From a virus (Duplodnaviria > Caudoviricetes): a stretch of DNA of 33,252 bases. A program made the position numbers and the translations under genes. Under the pieces are notes generated by a model that had not been told where the DNA came from, did no database searches, and worked only from the letters and a program-made list of their open reading frames with translations. Positions within the stretch are counted from its first letter, which is position 1; each line of letters starts with the position of its first letter. Location: positions 1 through 33,252 of IMG/VR virus record IMGVR_UViG_3300025015_000089; one strand, 5' to 3'. Shown here one piece after another: positions 1 to 8,378 of this stretch.

Positions 1-1
1 T

Positions 2-217
2 ACTTTGCCTCACAATTTTATTCATTTTTTAGATGAACATAGATTTGGCAGTAATGTTCAGTATAAGTATAATGATCCTGTTGCTAAATATTTAGATAAT
101 GTTTTTGATGTAATGAAAGGTGGTTACAAAAAACATTTCTGTGGGCATTTCCATATGGATAAAGAATTGCCTTATAATATACGAGTCTTATATAATGATA
201 TTGTTGAAATCTTTTAA
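2..217 (+). CDS. Calcineurin-like metallophosphoesterase, C-terminal part (truncated by window edge)
   Basis: C-terminal HFCGHFH (GHxH) motif; frame open to the window start. Confidence 0.7.
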   Translation, partial: TLPHNFIHFLDEHRFGSNVQYKYNDPVAKYLDNVFDVMKGGYKKHFCGHFHMDKELPYNIRVLYNDIVEIF

Positions 218-270
218 TAAAAATGTACATTTTTATTAAATCCCTATATTTATTATAAATAGGAGAATAC

Positions 271-438
271 ATGAAGGACTATAGTAGTGTAATAAAAATA
301 AGTTCTGGTGCTCATAGGAAAATAAAGAAGTATTGTAAGAACAATGCATTAAAAATTTATACATGGGCAGAAAAGATTCTCCTAGAAAAAATAGAGGAGA
401 ATAAAAATGTTAATTTACAAAACGACGAATCTAATTAA
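271..438 (+). CDS. Small ribbon-helix-helix-like DNA-binding protein (55 aa, absent from ORF track)
   Basis: AGGAG RBS; MKDYSSVIKISSGAHRKIKKYCKNNALKIYTWAEKILLEK; paralogue at 13285. Confidence 0.7.
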   Translation: MKDYSSVIKISSGAHRKIKKYCKNNALKIYTWAEKILLEKIEENKNVNLQNDESN

Positions 439-1123
439 TAATAAAATATACGTTGGACAACAAACTGATTTAAACATTTGTAATTATTATTTGGGTTCTG
501 GAAAACTTTTAAACTATGCCATTAAAAAATATGGCAAAAAAAATTTTAAAAAAGAAGTTTTAGAAAGATGTGAAACAAAAGAACAATTGAATAAAAGAGA
601 AAGATATTGGATTATAAAATTAAATTCTAGAAATCATAACATTGGTTATAATATTGCAGAAGGTGGAACTGGTGGTGCAACATATTCTAAAAATTCTCCA
701 AACTATGAAGAAATTAGAATTAAAAAATCTAATAGCATGAAAGGGAAAAATAAAGGAAAACTTAATGGTTCTACAAGACCAGAGGTAAAAAAGAAAATAG
801 CTAACAGTTTAAAAGGAAATATACCCTGGAACAAAGGAAAGCCTGGCTATAAACACAGAGCAGTAGTAACAGATTTACGAAGAAAAAATATGAGAAACGC
901 TATGTTGGGCGTATGGAAAAAAAGAAAACTTTCAAATAATTATGACGAATTTAAAAGTAAAATATCTAATTCTCTTAAAATACGATATAAAGATCCTTCT
1001 ATGATAGAAAAAGCTAGAAATTCACAATTAAATATTCCTAGAAAAAAATGTAAATATTGTAGTGTTATGGCTAAACCTGGAATGTTAAAGAGGTGGCACA
1101 ATAACAACTGTAAATTTAAATAA
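407..1123 (+). CDS. GIY-YIG (Seg-like) homing endonuclease
   Basis: LIYKTTNLINNKIYVGQ, YLGSG, GYNI motifs; IPWNKG module; C-terminal CxxC...H...C finger. Confidence 0.9.
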   Translation: MLIYKTTNLINNKIYVGQQTDLNICNYYLGSGKLLNYAIKKYGKKNFKKEVLERCETKEQLNKRERYWIIKLNSRNHNIGYNIAEGGTGGATYSKNSPNYEEIRIKKSNSMKGKNKGKLNGSTRPEVKKKIANSLKGNIPWNKGKPGYKHRAVVTDLRRKNMRNAMLGVWKKRKLSNNYDEFKSKISNSLKIRYKDPSMIEKARNSQLNIPRKKCKYCSVMAKPGMLKRWHNNNCKFK

Positions 1124-1140
1124 TATAGTAGAATTAGGTT

Positions 1141-1665
1141 ATGATTAGTGAAATAAGAGATAGGTTATTTTATAATCCTAGACCTATAGTGATATGGAGA
1201 ACAAAATTTCCAAGGTCATATGAAGTAAAAACACAGTTATATTCTTATAAGTCTAGTACTAGTATTAAAGAATTTGATAATAAATTATATGTTGATGAAA
1301 CCTATGGATACCAATTTATAGTATCTGAGATCAATTATGCTAGATTATATGGAAACTGGGAAATAGCGTCTTATAATGAAGATGATAAGTTTGTATTGAA
1401 ACTGATAGATACTAAAAGCAGACAATTTATTGAATTAATATTTCCTACTATAACAGATGGAATATGTTTTATAAATGAATTATATGCAGATAAAGAAGTT
1501 ATGCAAATAGGAAGAGGTATTAATATAGAAAACATTACAAATAAAGATAAAAAGTTTGAACACGAATTAAAAGATCTTATTAAATTGATACCCAATCTTC
1601 TAATGTATTTATTAACAATTTTTTTAAGTCATAAGATATCAAAGAAAGGTAAAGAATATAAATGA
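1141..1665 (+). CDS. Hypothetical protein
   Basis: 174-aa ORF in operon-like packing. Confidence 0.6.
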   Translation: MISEIRDRLFYNPRPIVIWRTKFPRSYEVKTQLYSYKSSTSIKEFDNKLYVDETYGYQFIVSEINYARLYGNWEIASYNEDDKFVLKLIDTKSRQFIELIFPTITDGICFINELYADKEVMQIGRGINIENITNKDKKFEHELKDLIKLIPNLLMYLLTIFLSHKISKKGKEYK

Positions 1666-1811
1666 AAGCATTATCAGTTTTAATTATGTTATTATTTGTA
1701 AGCACAGTGTATTCGCAACAAGTACTAATGAAATCTCAGCATTATAAAGAAGGTGATCTAATATTTTTGGAGGCAGTAAAAGACACTGTGCCTCCAGTGG
1801 TTGAGAGCTAA
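1662..1811 (+). CDS. Small secreted peptide (49 aa)
   Basis: ATGA overlap with upstream stop; signal peptide MKALSVLIMLLFVSTVYS followed by QQ. Confidence 0.5.
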   Translation: MKALSVLIMLLFVSTVYSQQVLMKSQHYKEGDLIFLEAVKDTVPPVVES

Positions 1812-1893
1812 GACAGATAACAACTGAAATTACAGAAACTAGGGTATTGCTTTAGTTTTACTATTTAACAAATTATTAAAATGTGGAAAATTT

Positions 1894-2376
1894 ATGTATT
1901 GGAAAAATAAAATAGAGAATTTTTATCATGATATTAAATGGTCAATAATAAATTTCTTTAAATATTTTAGAATTGTTTCTAAAATGCGTCCCTGGGATTA
2001 TAAATATATTTTAATGATGATGAAATTTCAAATAAAAGACCTATGTGGTGGTATTGAAAAGTATGCTCATGAGATTGATGCTGATAGACTTCCAAGAATT
2101 GAAAAAATGAAAAGAGCTATAGAATTATTAAACAATAATATAGAAGATAATTATGCCGATAGATGTGGGTTTGAAGGTGACGCGTTTGAAATAATATGGG
2201 ACGATATTAATGATGTTAAAGACAATGGTAATTCTGAACTTAAAATGGTGAAAAATCCTGGATTTGAAGATTATGATGAAGATGATGTACTTAAAAGGTC
2301 ATATAAGATGAAAGAGAATGAGTGGAATGAATTGTTTAATATATTAAAAGATAATATGCAAGGTTGGTGGGATTGA
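1894..2376 (+). CDS. Conserved phage hypothetical protein
   Basis: RPWDY motif and terminal GWWD, a pattern seen in large-phage hypotheticals. Confidence 0.7.
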   Translation: MYWKNKIENFYHDIKWSIINFFKYFRIVSKMRPWDYKYILMMMKFQIKDLCGGIEKYAHEIDADRLPRIEKMKRAIELLNNNIEDNYADRCGFEGDAFEIIWDDINDVKDNGNSELKMVKNPGFEDYDEDDVLKRSYKMKENEWNELFNILKDNMQGWWD

Positions 2377-2454
2377 ACCATAGATGAATTTTAGGAAAAT
2401 AGTACTTATAGTATAAAATATTAGTAATGATTGTATAATAGAAAGAATTTATGT

Positions 2455-2790
2455 ATGGATATAATAAAAGACAATAAATTTTCTAATTTTATAATAAAGT
2501 GGAAAAAAACACTAGTCGTAGTTTCTGGTATAACTACTATAGTTGTCGGCATTCTTACTCAAGTTATAGATTTTTATAAAACAACTAGAATTGTAGCTCA
2601 AAATAATTTTTCATCTGCATCTCAGAAAAAAGAATTGACCCACAATGAAATGATGGATCTTATTAGAGGAGAAGAGTTAGAAACAAGAATAGAAATGAGT
2701 CGTTTATTGATGTTACTTAATTCTTCTAATAATAAAATAGAAATTCAAGACATGAATTTAGAACTTAGACCAAAACCATCAACGAGGTAA
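2455..2790 (+). CDS. Membrane-anchored hypothetical protein
   Basis: Single hydrophobic segment LVVVSGITTIVVGIL; ATG at 2455 preferred over TTG at 2431. Confidence 0.55.
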   Translation: MDIIKDNKFSNFIIKWKKTLVVVSGITTIVVGILTQVIDFYKTTRIVAQNNFSSASQKKELTHNEMMDLIRGEELETRIEMSRLLMLLNSSNNKIEIQDMNLELRPKPSTR

Positions 2791-2795
2791 CAATA

Positions 2796-3212
2796 ATGAA
2801 AAGATTATTTATATTTATTTTTATATTTTTAACCACAGTAGGATTAGCACAGCAAAGTGGTGATATTATGTATTTTGCAGAAAGAGCAGACGGTAAAAGA
2901 GAGTACGGGTTATCAGATAGATTTACCACAGGTTCACTTTCTGTAATATGTAAATTAATAAAACCACCCTCAGAAAAACATATATTTGTTCAACTAGATA
3001 AGTATAATATGGAAGCTTATACATTTAATTATTATCAGAAATATGAATTTTGGCAAGACCCAAATAGAACATATTTATATTTTAATAATATTGTATTTAA
3101 TAGTCCTGGGATCTATAGAGTATTTTTATTGAATGAGGCAAATAATACAATAACGAGTGCATTAGTAGAGATTGTAGAATTAAGATATTTACAGAATAAA
3201 ACTAAAAAATAA
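2796..3212 (+). CDS. Secreted beta-rich hypothetical protein
   Basis: Signal peptide MKRLFIFIFIFLTTVGLA followed by QQ; PGIYRV strand motif. Confidence 0.7.
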   Translation: MKRLFIFIFIFLTTVGLAQQSGDIMYFAERADGKREYGLSDRFTTGSLSVICKLIKPPSEKHIFVQLDKYNMEAYTFNYYQKYEFWQDPNRTYLYFNNIVFNSPGIYRVFLLNEANNTITSALVEIVELRYLQNKTKK

Positions 3213-3230
3213 CGAATTTCAGTTTAACTG

Positions 3231-3259
3231 TTGACTTTAAAATTTTTAATTGTTATATT
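3231..3259 (+). promoter_or_regulatory. Sigma70-like promoter
   Basis: TTGACT-N17-TATATT with extended TG; ATG 9 nt after the -10 box (near-leaderless). Confidence 0.75.
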
Positions 3260-3268
3260 TATATATAT

Positions 3269-3628
3269 ATGAAAACATATTCAGTCAGAGTATTAAGAGA
3301 AGCAATTTATAGTTTAATAGACACTGATAAGTACATTAAATTTTCCGTTTATATTCATCCATTTATATCAGTATTTGGAAAAACAAATGGAAAAAAGATA
3401 GGTGGTCAACCTCAGAAACTAAAAGGAAAATTAGATCGAATATTAGGTACTCAGAGAGGTTTGGCAATAATATTTAAACAGTGTTGGTTTAATAGAAGAG
3501 CGTGTTCAAAAGAGACGTCACCAATATTATTAAAAGATATTAGATGGATTGATTCTCTGTTTGATGAGAAAAAATTAGAAGATATTTGTATTAATTTGAC
3601 AAAAAAATTAAAAGCATCTAAAAATTAG
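3269..3628 (+). CDS. Hypothetical protein
   Basis: 119-aa ORF directly after the promoter. Confidence 0.6.
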   Translation: MKTYSVRVLREAIYSLIDTDKYIKFSVYIHPFISVFGKTNGKKIGGQPQKLKGKLDRILGTQRGLAIIFKQCWFNRRACSKETSPILLKDIRWIDSLFDEKKLEDICINLTKKLKASKN

Positions 3629-3709
3629 AAGCATCTCAAGAACCTAGCTGATGTGGTTTATCAGAAACAGCGATATATGAAAAAATTGATCTGATAGATG
3701 CTTCTTTTT
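3627..3709 (+). other. Structured RNA element or terminator with large branched loop
   Basis: AGAAGCATCT (3627-3636) pairs perfectly with AGATGCTTCT (3696-3705), followed by a T-run. Confidence 0.5.
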
Positions 3710-3746
3710 ATTCAAAGTAAAAATAATTTTTGCTATATTTATTATT

Positions 3747-3868
3747 AATGGTGAACAGGCTGATATATAAATGAGGTGATATATTACACCTACGCCATGT
3801 CTAATCAGAAGTTTCACCATTGGAGTAAGACATCTATATTGAGCTTACCCAAATAGAAGGCATGGCGT
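3747..3868 (+). ncRNA. Candidate pseudoknotted ncRNA of unknown family
   Basis: Four nested helices plus an 11-bp pseudoknot (3792-3802 with 3858-3868); follows a CTATATTTAT motif. Confidence 0.55.
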
Positions 3869-3957
3869 TTTATAAAAATTTTAAATAAAATGGAAGAACC
3901 ATCTCATTCTACAATCTAACATTTTAGGAAACATTATTTCCTGAATAAAGGAGACAA

Positions 3958-4227
3958 TTGATGAATATATTTAAACGAATATTCAGACCAATTTGCTGCC
4001 GTATCGGAATACATAACTGGGAAACAATAAAATCGATAAAAGTATTATATTTAATTTTAAGGATCAAGTCACATACACCTATATTAGCAAAAATAGCTAT
4101 GACTGATGTAGATTTAAATTTATTAGTCCTTGATAGAAAATGTAGAGAATGTGGTATAGAAGATTTAGAGATTGAGGTAACGAAACAAGTTTTAATAGAT
4201 AAGATGATGAACAAATTGAAATTATAA
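3958..4227 (+). CDS. Small zinc-binding hypothetical protein
   Basis: AGGAG RBS; CRIGIH and CRECG motifs. Confidence 0.65.
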   Translation: MMNIFKRIFRPICCRIGIHNWETIKSIKVLYLILRIKSHTPILAKIAMTDVDLNLLVLDRKCRECGIEDLEIEVTKQVLIDKMMNKLKL

Positions 4228-4257
4228 ATGAAGAAAAGCTAAAACACTATCTTAATA

Positions 4258-4311
4258 TGCGAGAAGGTCCGGTGACCACTTTAGAAAATAGTTCGATTCT
4301 TTCTTCCGCGA
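4258..4311 (+). pseudogene. Degenerate tRNA remnant related to the tRNA-Met at 5122, lacking the anticodon arm
   Basis: Shares AGGTCCGGTGACC with the tRNA; GTTCGATTC T-loop; TGCGAGA/TTCCGCG acceptor-like ends. Confidence 0.5.
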
Positions 4312-4328
4312 TTCAATATATTAAATAT

Positions 4329-5156
4329 ATGGATAACAAATGTTTATGTTGTGGAAAACCGGTTAAAAATAAGTATTGTAATACAAGTTGTTTAAACAGA
4401 CATAGAAACCCCCTAAGAAAAAAGAAACAGACATTCTTAAATATAACATGTGTCTGTGAGAACTGTGGTAGCGAATTTACTTATATAACTAATAAAAAAG
4501 AAACTGATAAAGGATTTAAAAAGAGGTTTTGTTGTATTTCATGTGCAAATGTAAGACACCATTCTAAAGAAACAAGAGAAAAAATTTCTAAATCACTGTA
4601 TGGGAAAAGAAAAAACAAACTTCCTAAAGATCCAATTAGAAAAATATGTATTGGGTGTGGTGATGAATTTTTAACTAGCAATAAAAAGAAAAAGTTTTGT
4701 AATAGAGTGTGTGGTGGTAAATATTTGAATAGTAATAACAATCCAAACTATAATATTTATCTTAGAAAACTGAGAGCAGCTGGAATAAAATCCGCAAAAC
4801 GGAGAGTTTTAAGAAATAGAAATGAAATTTATTTTTATGAATTATGTAAGAAAAAATTTAAAGATGTTAAACACAATAAAAATATATTCAATGGCTGGGA
4901 TGCAGATGTAATAATAGAAGATATTAAATATGCAATTTTATGGAATGGCAAGTGGCACTATGAAAAAATTACAAAAAATCATTCCGTAGAACAAGTACAA
5001 AATAGAGATAAAATTAAAATAGATGAAATTAAAAAAGCAGGTTATGTTCCATATGTTATAAAAGATATGGGAAGCTATGATGAGAAATTTGTAGATGAAC
5101 AGTTTAGTATTTTTATTCATACGCAAGGAGGTCCGGTGACCCAGGGTGTCTCATAA
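4329..5156 (+). CDS. Zinc-finger repeat plus PD-(D/E)XK (Vsr/DUF559-like) homing endonuclease
   Basis: Three CxxC...F/YCxxxC repeats; WDADV...ILWNGKWHY...NRDKIK nuclease domain; ATG at 4329 is the likelier start. Confidence 0.75.
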   Translation: MDNKCLCCGKPVKNKYCNTSCLNRHRNPLRKKKQTFLNITCVCENCGSEFTYITNKKETDKGFKKRFCCISCANVRHHSKETREKISKSLYGKRKNKLPKDPIRKICIGCGDEFLTSNKKKKFCNRVCGGKYLNSNNNPNYNIYLRKLRAAGIKSAKRRVLRNRNEIYFYELCKKKFKDVKHNKNIFNGWDADVIIEDIKYAILWNGKWHYEKITKNHSVEQVQNRDKIKIDEIKKAGYVPYVIKDMGSYDEKFVDEQFSIFIHTQGGPVTQGVS

Positions 5157-5191
5157 GCATCTCGAGGTGGGATCGTCCCCCACCCTTGCAA
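5122..5191 (+). tRNA. tRNA-Met(CAU), atypical and initiator-like
   Basis: Acceptor CGCAAGG/CCTTGCA with C1:A72 mismatch; anticodon loop CTCATAA; T-stem GTGGG/CCCAC; short D-arm. Confidence 0.75.
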
Positions 5192-5211
5192 CTAAAATAA
5201 ATTGGACATAA

Positions 5212-5520
5212 ATGATAATATGTAAACAATCAATAATATTTTCATATTTAAGTACATTACCATTCTGGCAATTATTTATATTTGTATTTATTGTTACATT
5301 TTTATTAGATGTTTTTTATACAAAGTGGGTACAAAAAATAAATGAAATAAGTCCTAAATTAGCAGGTTTATTTTCAGTACTTATTACCATTTGTAGTGTT
5401 TCTGGATTTGGTAGTATTTTAGAAATAAATGACTTGTTGATTATACCAGCATTAATTGCTGCTTATTTTGGAACTTATATTCCGGTAAAACATAGACAAT
5501 TTAAAGAAAGAAATAAATGA
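5212..5520 (+). CDS. Small multi-pass membrane protein
   Basis: Three hydrophobic segments. Confidence 0.7.
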   Translation: MIICKQSIIFSYLSTLPFWQLFIFVFIVTFLLDVFYTKWVQKINEISPKLAGLFSVLITICSVSGFGSILEINDLLIIPALIAAYFGTYIPVKHRQFKERNK

Positions 5521-5894
5521 CTCTTGAATTAGAACAAAAATTATTTGAAAAATATCCTAAAATCTTTAGACAAAAAGATTTAGATATGAAAGAAACTGCT
5601 ATGTGTTGGGGTATAGAAACTAGAGATGGGTGGTATATGTTAATAGATAAATTGTGTAGATCTCTACAGTTTCATATAGACCACAATGGACATCCTCAAA
5701 TAGAGGCCACTCAAGTGAAAGAAAAATTTGGTTCACTTAGGTTCTATACTAATGGAGAGGATGATTTTCAACATGGTTTAATAACCTTCGCAGAAACAAT
5801 GTCTTCTCATATATGTGAAAAATGTGGTAGTGCTAAAGATGTATCTCAAAACGAAACAGGTTGGATACAAACGCTTTGTAAAAAATGTAAATAG
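5517..5894 (+). CDS. Conserved phage protein with C-terminal zinc ribbon
   Basis: DGW, QVKEKFGSLRFY, CEKCG and TLCKKC motifs. Confidence 0.8.
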   Translation: MTLELEQKLFEKYPKIFRQKDLDMKETAMCWGIETRDGWYMLIDKLCRSLQFHIDHNGHPQIEATQVKEKFGSLRFYTNGEDDFQHGLITFAETMSSHICEKCGSAKDVSQNETGWIQTLCKKCK

Positions 5895-5916
5895 AATCAA
5901 AAGAAAGAAAAACTAA

Positions 5917-6441
5917 ATGAATTATGTTTGGAAAAAAGTAGATGGTACTAAAATAGAAAATTTAGGCAAATATATAAAGGATTATATTATAAAATTTCCT
6001 TCAGAATACGAATTATTTATAGGTACCGATTCTCAAAGAATAAGAAAAAGATTTACAGTATTATATGCAATGGTAATCTGTATTTATAGAAAAGGAAAGG
6101 GTGCACATATAATTTATTCTAAACATAAAAGAAATGATATTAAAGATAAGTTCACTAGATTAAGAACTGAAGTTGCATATTCAATTGAAATTGCAAATTA
6201 CTTAACTGTTAATGATGTATTAACTGATTCATCTATAATGACGATACATATAGACTTATCTCCTAATATTAAATATGCTTCAAATACAGTCTATAAAGAA
6301 GCAATTGGTTGGATAACAGGTATGGGATATTTATGGAAAGCAAAACCTAACGCTCCGGCCGCTTCATATTGTTCCGACTACGTTGTTAAGAATGTGGTGT
6401 TCGAAGTAGAAAACAGTCCAATACCTCAATTATGCAGCTGA
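5917..6441 (+). CDS. RNase H-like YkuK family protein
   Basis: IGTDSQ, GKG, IHID and AASYCSD motifs. Confidence 0.85.
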   Translation: MNYVWKKVDGTKIENLGKYIKDYIIKFPSEYELFIGTDSQRIRKRFTVLYAMVICIYRKGKGAHIIYSKHKRNDIKDKFTRLRTEVAYSIEIANYLTVNDVLTDSSIMTIHIDLSPNIKYASNTVYKEAIGWITGMGYLWKAKPNAPAASYCSDYVVKNVVFEVENSPIPQLCS

Positions 6442-6491
6442 TTGTAGTGTAAAAATAAAATTGTCTATATTTATATTAAAAGGAGATATAA

Positions 6492-7347
6492 ATGTGGATC
6501 AGAACATGCACTAATCCTGATAATAATCCAGGATGTCTAAAATTAATTAATTATAAAACTACCATAGGTTTGAATAATGGAAACAGAATTAATTCTGTAT
6601 GCCATAGTTGTAGAAATTACAAACCGAAAAATCATATAAGATTTATAAGAATTTGTTTCAGGTGTGGTAATGAGATAAATTATGGTGGTATTTATGCATA
6701 CAAGAATGCAGAAAAAAATGAAACTTTATGTAATAAATGTACATTTCATGAGAAACTTGCAAAAAACTTACATAGTAAAGATGTAGCCAAAAAGATAAGT
6801 GATTCTCTAAAGGGAAATAAACCATGGAACACGGGATTAAAAGGAGTCCAGGTACCTTGGAATAAAGGTCTAACAATAGAAAAAGATTCAAGACTACTGC
6901 ACTATTGGCGAGGTAAACATAGATCACCAGAAACTATACAAAAGATGTGCGATGGTAGAAAAAGACATTTTGAATTACACCTTGGGTAAATCATCTAAAG
7001 TAAGAATATCTAAATCACATAGATATTTATATGAAATTCTAAAAAAAAAACAATATTCTAATGTGGAGATGGAATATTATCACAAAGGTTATTTCATAGA
7101 TATTTTAGTAAATGGAATTTTAGCAATAGAAGTAGATGGAGCACATTGGCATAATAGTCCAACTGCTATAGAATATGATAAAAAGAGAGATTCTATTATT
7201 TCAGAAACATATAAAGTTTATAGGATTAATCCTGACAATTTAATTTGGATAGATTTAGAGAATATTTTAAATAAAATAAAATTATTAGTTGACGCGAACT
7301 GGATTTCAAAGAATAAGCATATTGAAGTTCAACCTGCAGTGGCTTAA
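6492..7347 (+). pseudogene. NUMOD3/zinc-ribbon plus DUF559-like endonuclease, frameshifted near 6985
   Basis: ORF 6492-6989 carries DNA-binding modules; ORF 6952-7347 carries YFIDIL...IEVDGAHWH; removing one G from CTTGGGTAAA fuses them. Confidence 0.7.
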
Positions 7348-7352
7348 ATGAT

Positions 7353-7427
7353 TGGGGTGTAGCGTAATTGGATTATCGCACTTGATTCTGAATCAAAAGA
7401 TTTTGGGTTCGAGTCCCAACACCCCAG
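7353..7427 (+). tRNA. tRNA-Gln(CUG)
   Basis: TGGGGTG/CACCCCA acceptor; anticodon CTG at 7388-7390; TTCGAGT T-loop. Confidence 0.9.
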
Positions 7428-7432
7428 CGATT

Positions 7433-7507
7433 GCCCCTATAGTGTAATGGAATTAAGCATAAGAATTTCCTAAATTCTTGGACTAAGTTCAAATCTTAGT
7501 AGGGGTA
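7433..7507 (+). tRNA. tRNA-Arg(CCU)
   Basis: GCCCCTA/TAGGGGT acceptor; AGAAT-TTCCTAA-ATTCT anticodon arm; TTCAAAT T-loop. Confidence 0.9.
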
Positions 7508-7527
7508 CTAATATTTAATAAAAACTG

Positions 7528-7556
7528 TGTACTTTCTAATAGAAATTTGTTATATT
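7528..7556 (+). promoter_or_regulatory. Sigma70-like promoter of the ligase gene
   Basis: TGTACT-N17-TATATT, same class as 25364 and 27610. Confidence 0.6.
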
Positions 7557-7578
7557 TATCAAACAATAAATAAAGGTT

Positions 7579-8307
7579 ATGCAATTGAAGATTAAGAAAA
7601 TATTAGATGAAATTGCTTCTGAAGGTTCGACAAACAGAAAAATGGCAATTCTTGCGAAGTATAAGAATAATGAATTACTTAAGAAAGTAATTTATCAAGC
7701 AAAATCTAAAAGAATAAAGTTTTATGTTAAACAAATTCCTCAATTTTTGACCAACAAAACAAATACAGTTTCTCTAGATTATGCAATAAGTCAACTAGAA
7801 TATATTTCAAATAGAACAAAAACGGGTCATGAAGCTTTAAATCATCTTAGAGGTTTATTGGCTTCTATGGACATAGATGATGCTTATGTTTTAGAAAGAA
7901 TAATTGATAGAGACCTTAAAATAGGAATGGGAACAACCAATATTAATAAGATATTTCCAGACCTAATTGAAAGAACCCCATATATGGGAGCAATTTCATT
8001 TGATGCAGATAGAGCTAAAAGTTTGTTTAAAGATGGTCCCTGCTTTAGTCAAGTAAAAATGGATGGAAGATATTGTAATGCTATTATTAGAGGTGGTGAA
8101 GTTGAAATGGAATCTCGTGGTGGTGAACCTACAGTTTTAAGTGGTTGTAAATTTGAAAAAGAACTTGAGAATTTAGATGACTGTATTTTAAACGGGGAAA
8201 TTACAATGGATTCAATTGAAAGAAAGATAATTTTAGGTAAAAATGACCTAATTGAAGTTGATGATAAAGTGTATAATTATGATGAGTTTTTAAATAAATT
8301 TAGTTAA
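7579..8307 (+). CDS. ATP-dependent DNA ligase, N-terminal fragment
   Basis: Motif I KMDGRY, SRGG, motif III ILNGEI; then a 31-aa non-ligase tail. Confidence 0.9.
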   Translation: MQLKIKKILDEIASEGSTNRKMAILAKYKNNELLKKVIYQAKSKRIKFYVKQIPQFLTNKTNTVSLDYAISQLEYISNRTKTGHEALNHLRGLLASMDIDDAYVLERIIDRDLKIGMGTTNINKIFPDLIERTPYMGAISFDADRAKSLFKDGPCFSQVKMDGRYCNAIIRGGEVEMESRGGEPTVLSGCKFEKELENLDDCILNGEITMDSIERKIILGKNDLIEVDDKVYNYDEFLNKFS

Positions 8308-8378
8308 CCATTGGAACTATAAATAAAAAGCATAATATTCCTTAGTTCATCTATATTTATATTAAAAGGAGAAATATT

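Noticed and set aside
3647-3671. Hammerhead ribozyme (CTGATG...GAAA)
   Set aside because: Core lacks the conserved CUGANGA and no stem I/III arrangement with a cleavage triplet was found
6437-6452. tRNA 5'-like fragment GCTGATTGTAGTGTAA before the endonuclease
   Set aside because: No matching 3' half found downstream; too short to support
7300-7347. tmRNA tag-like ending VQPAVA*
   Set aside because: No tRNA-like domain or pseudoknots; it is simply the endonuclease C-terminus
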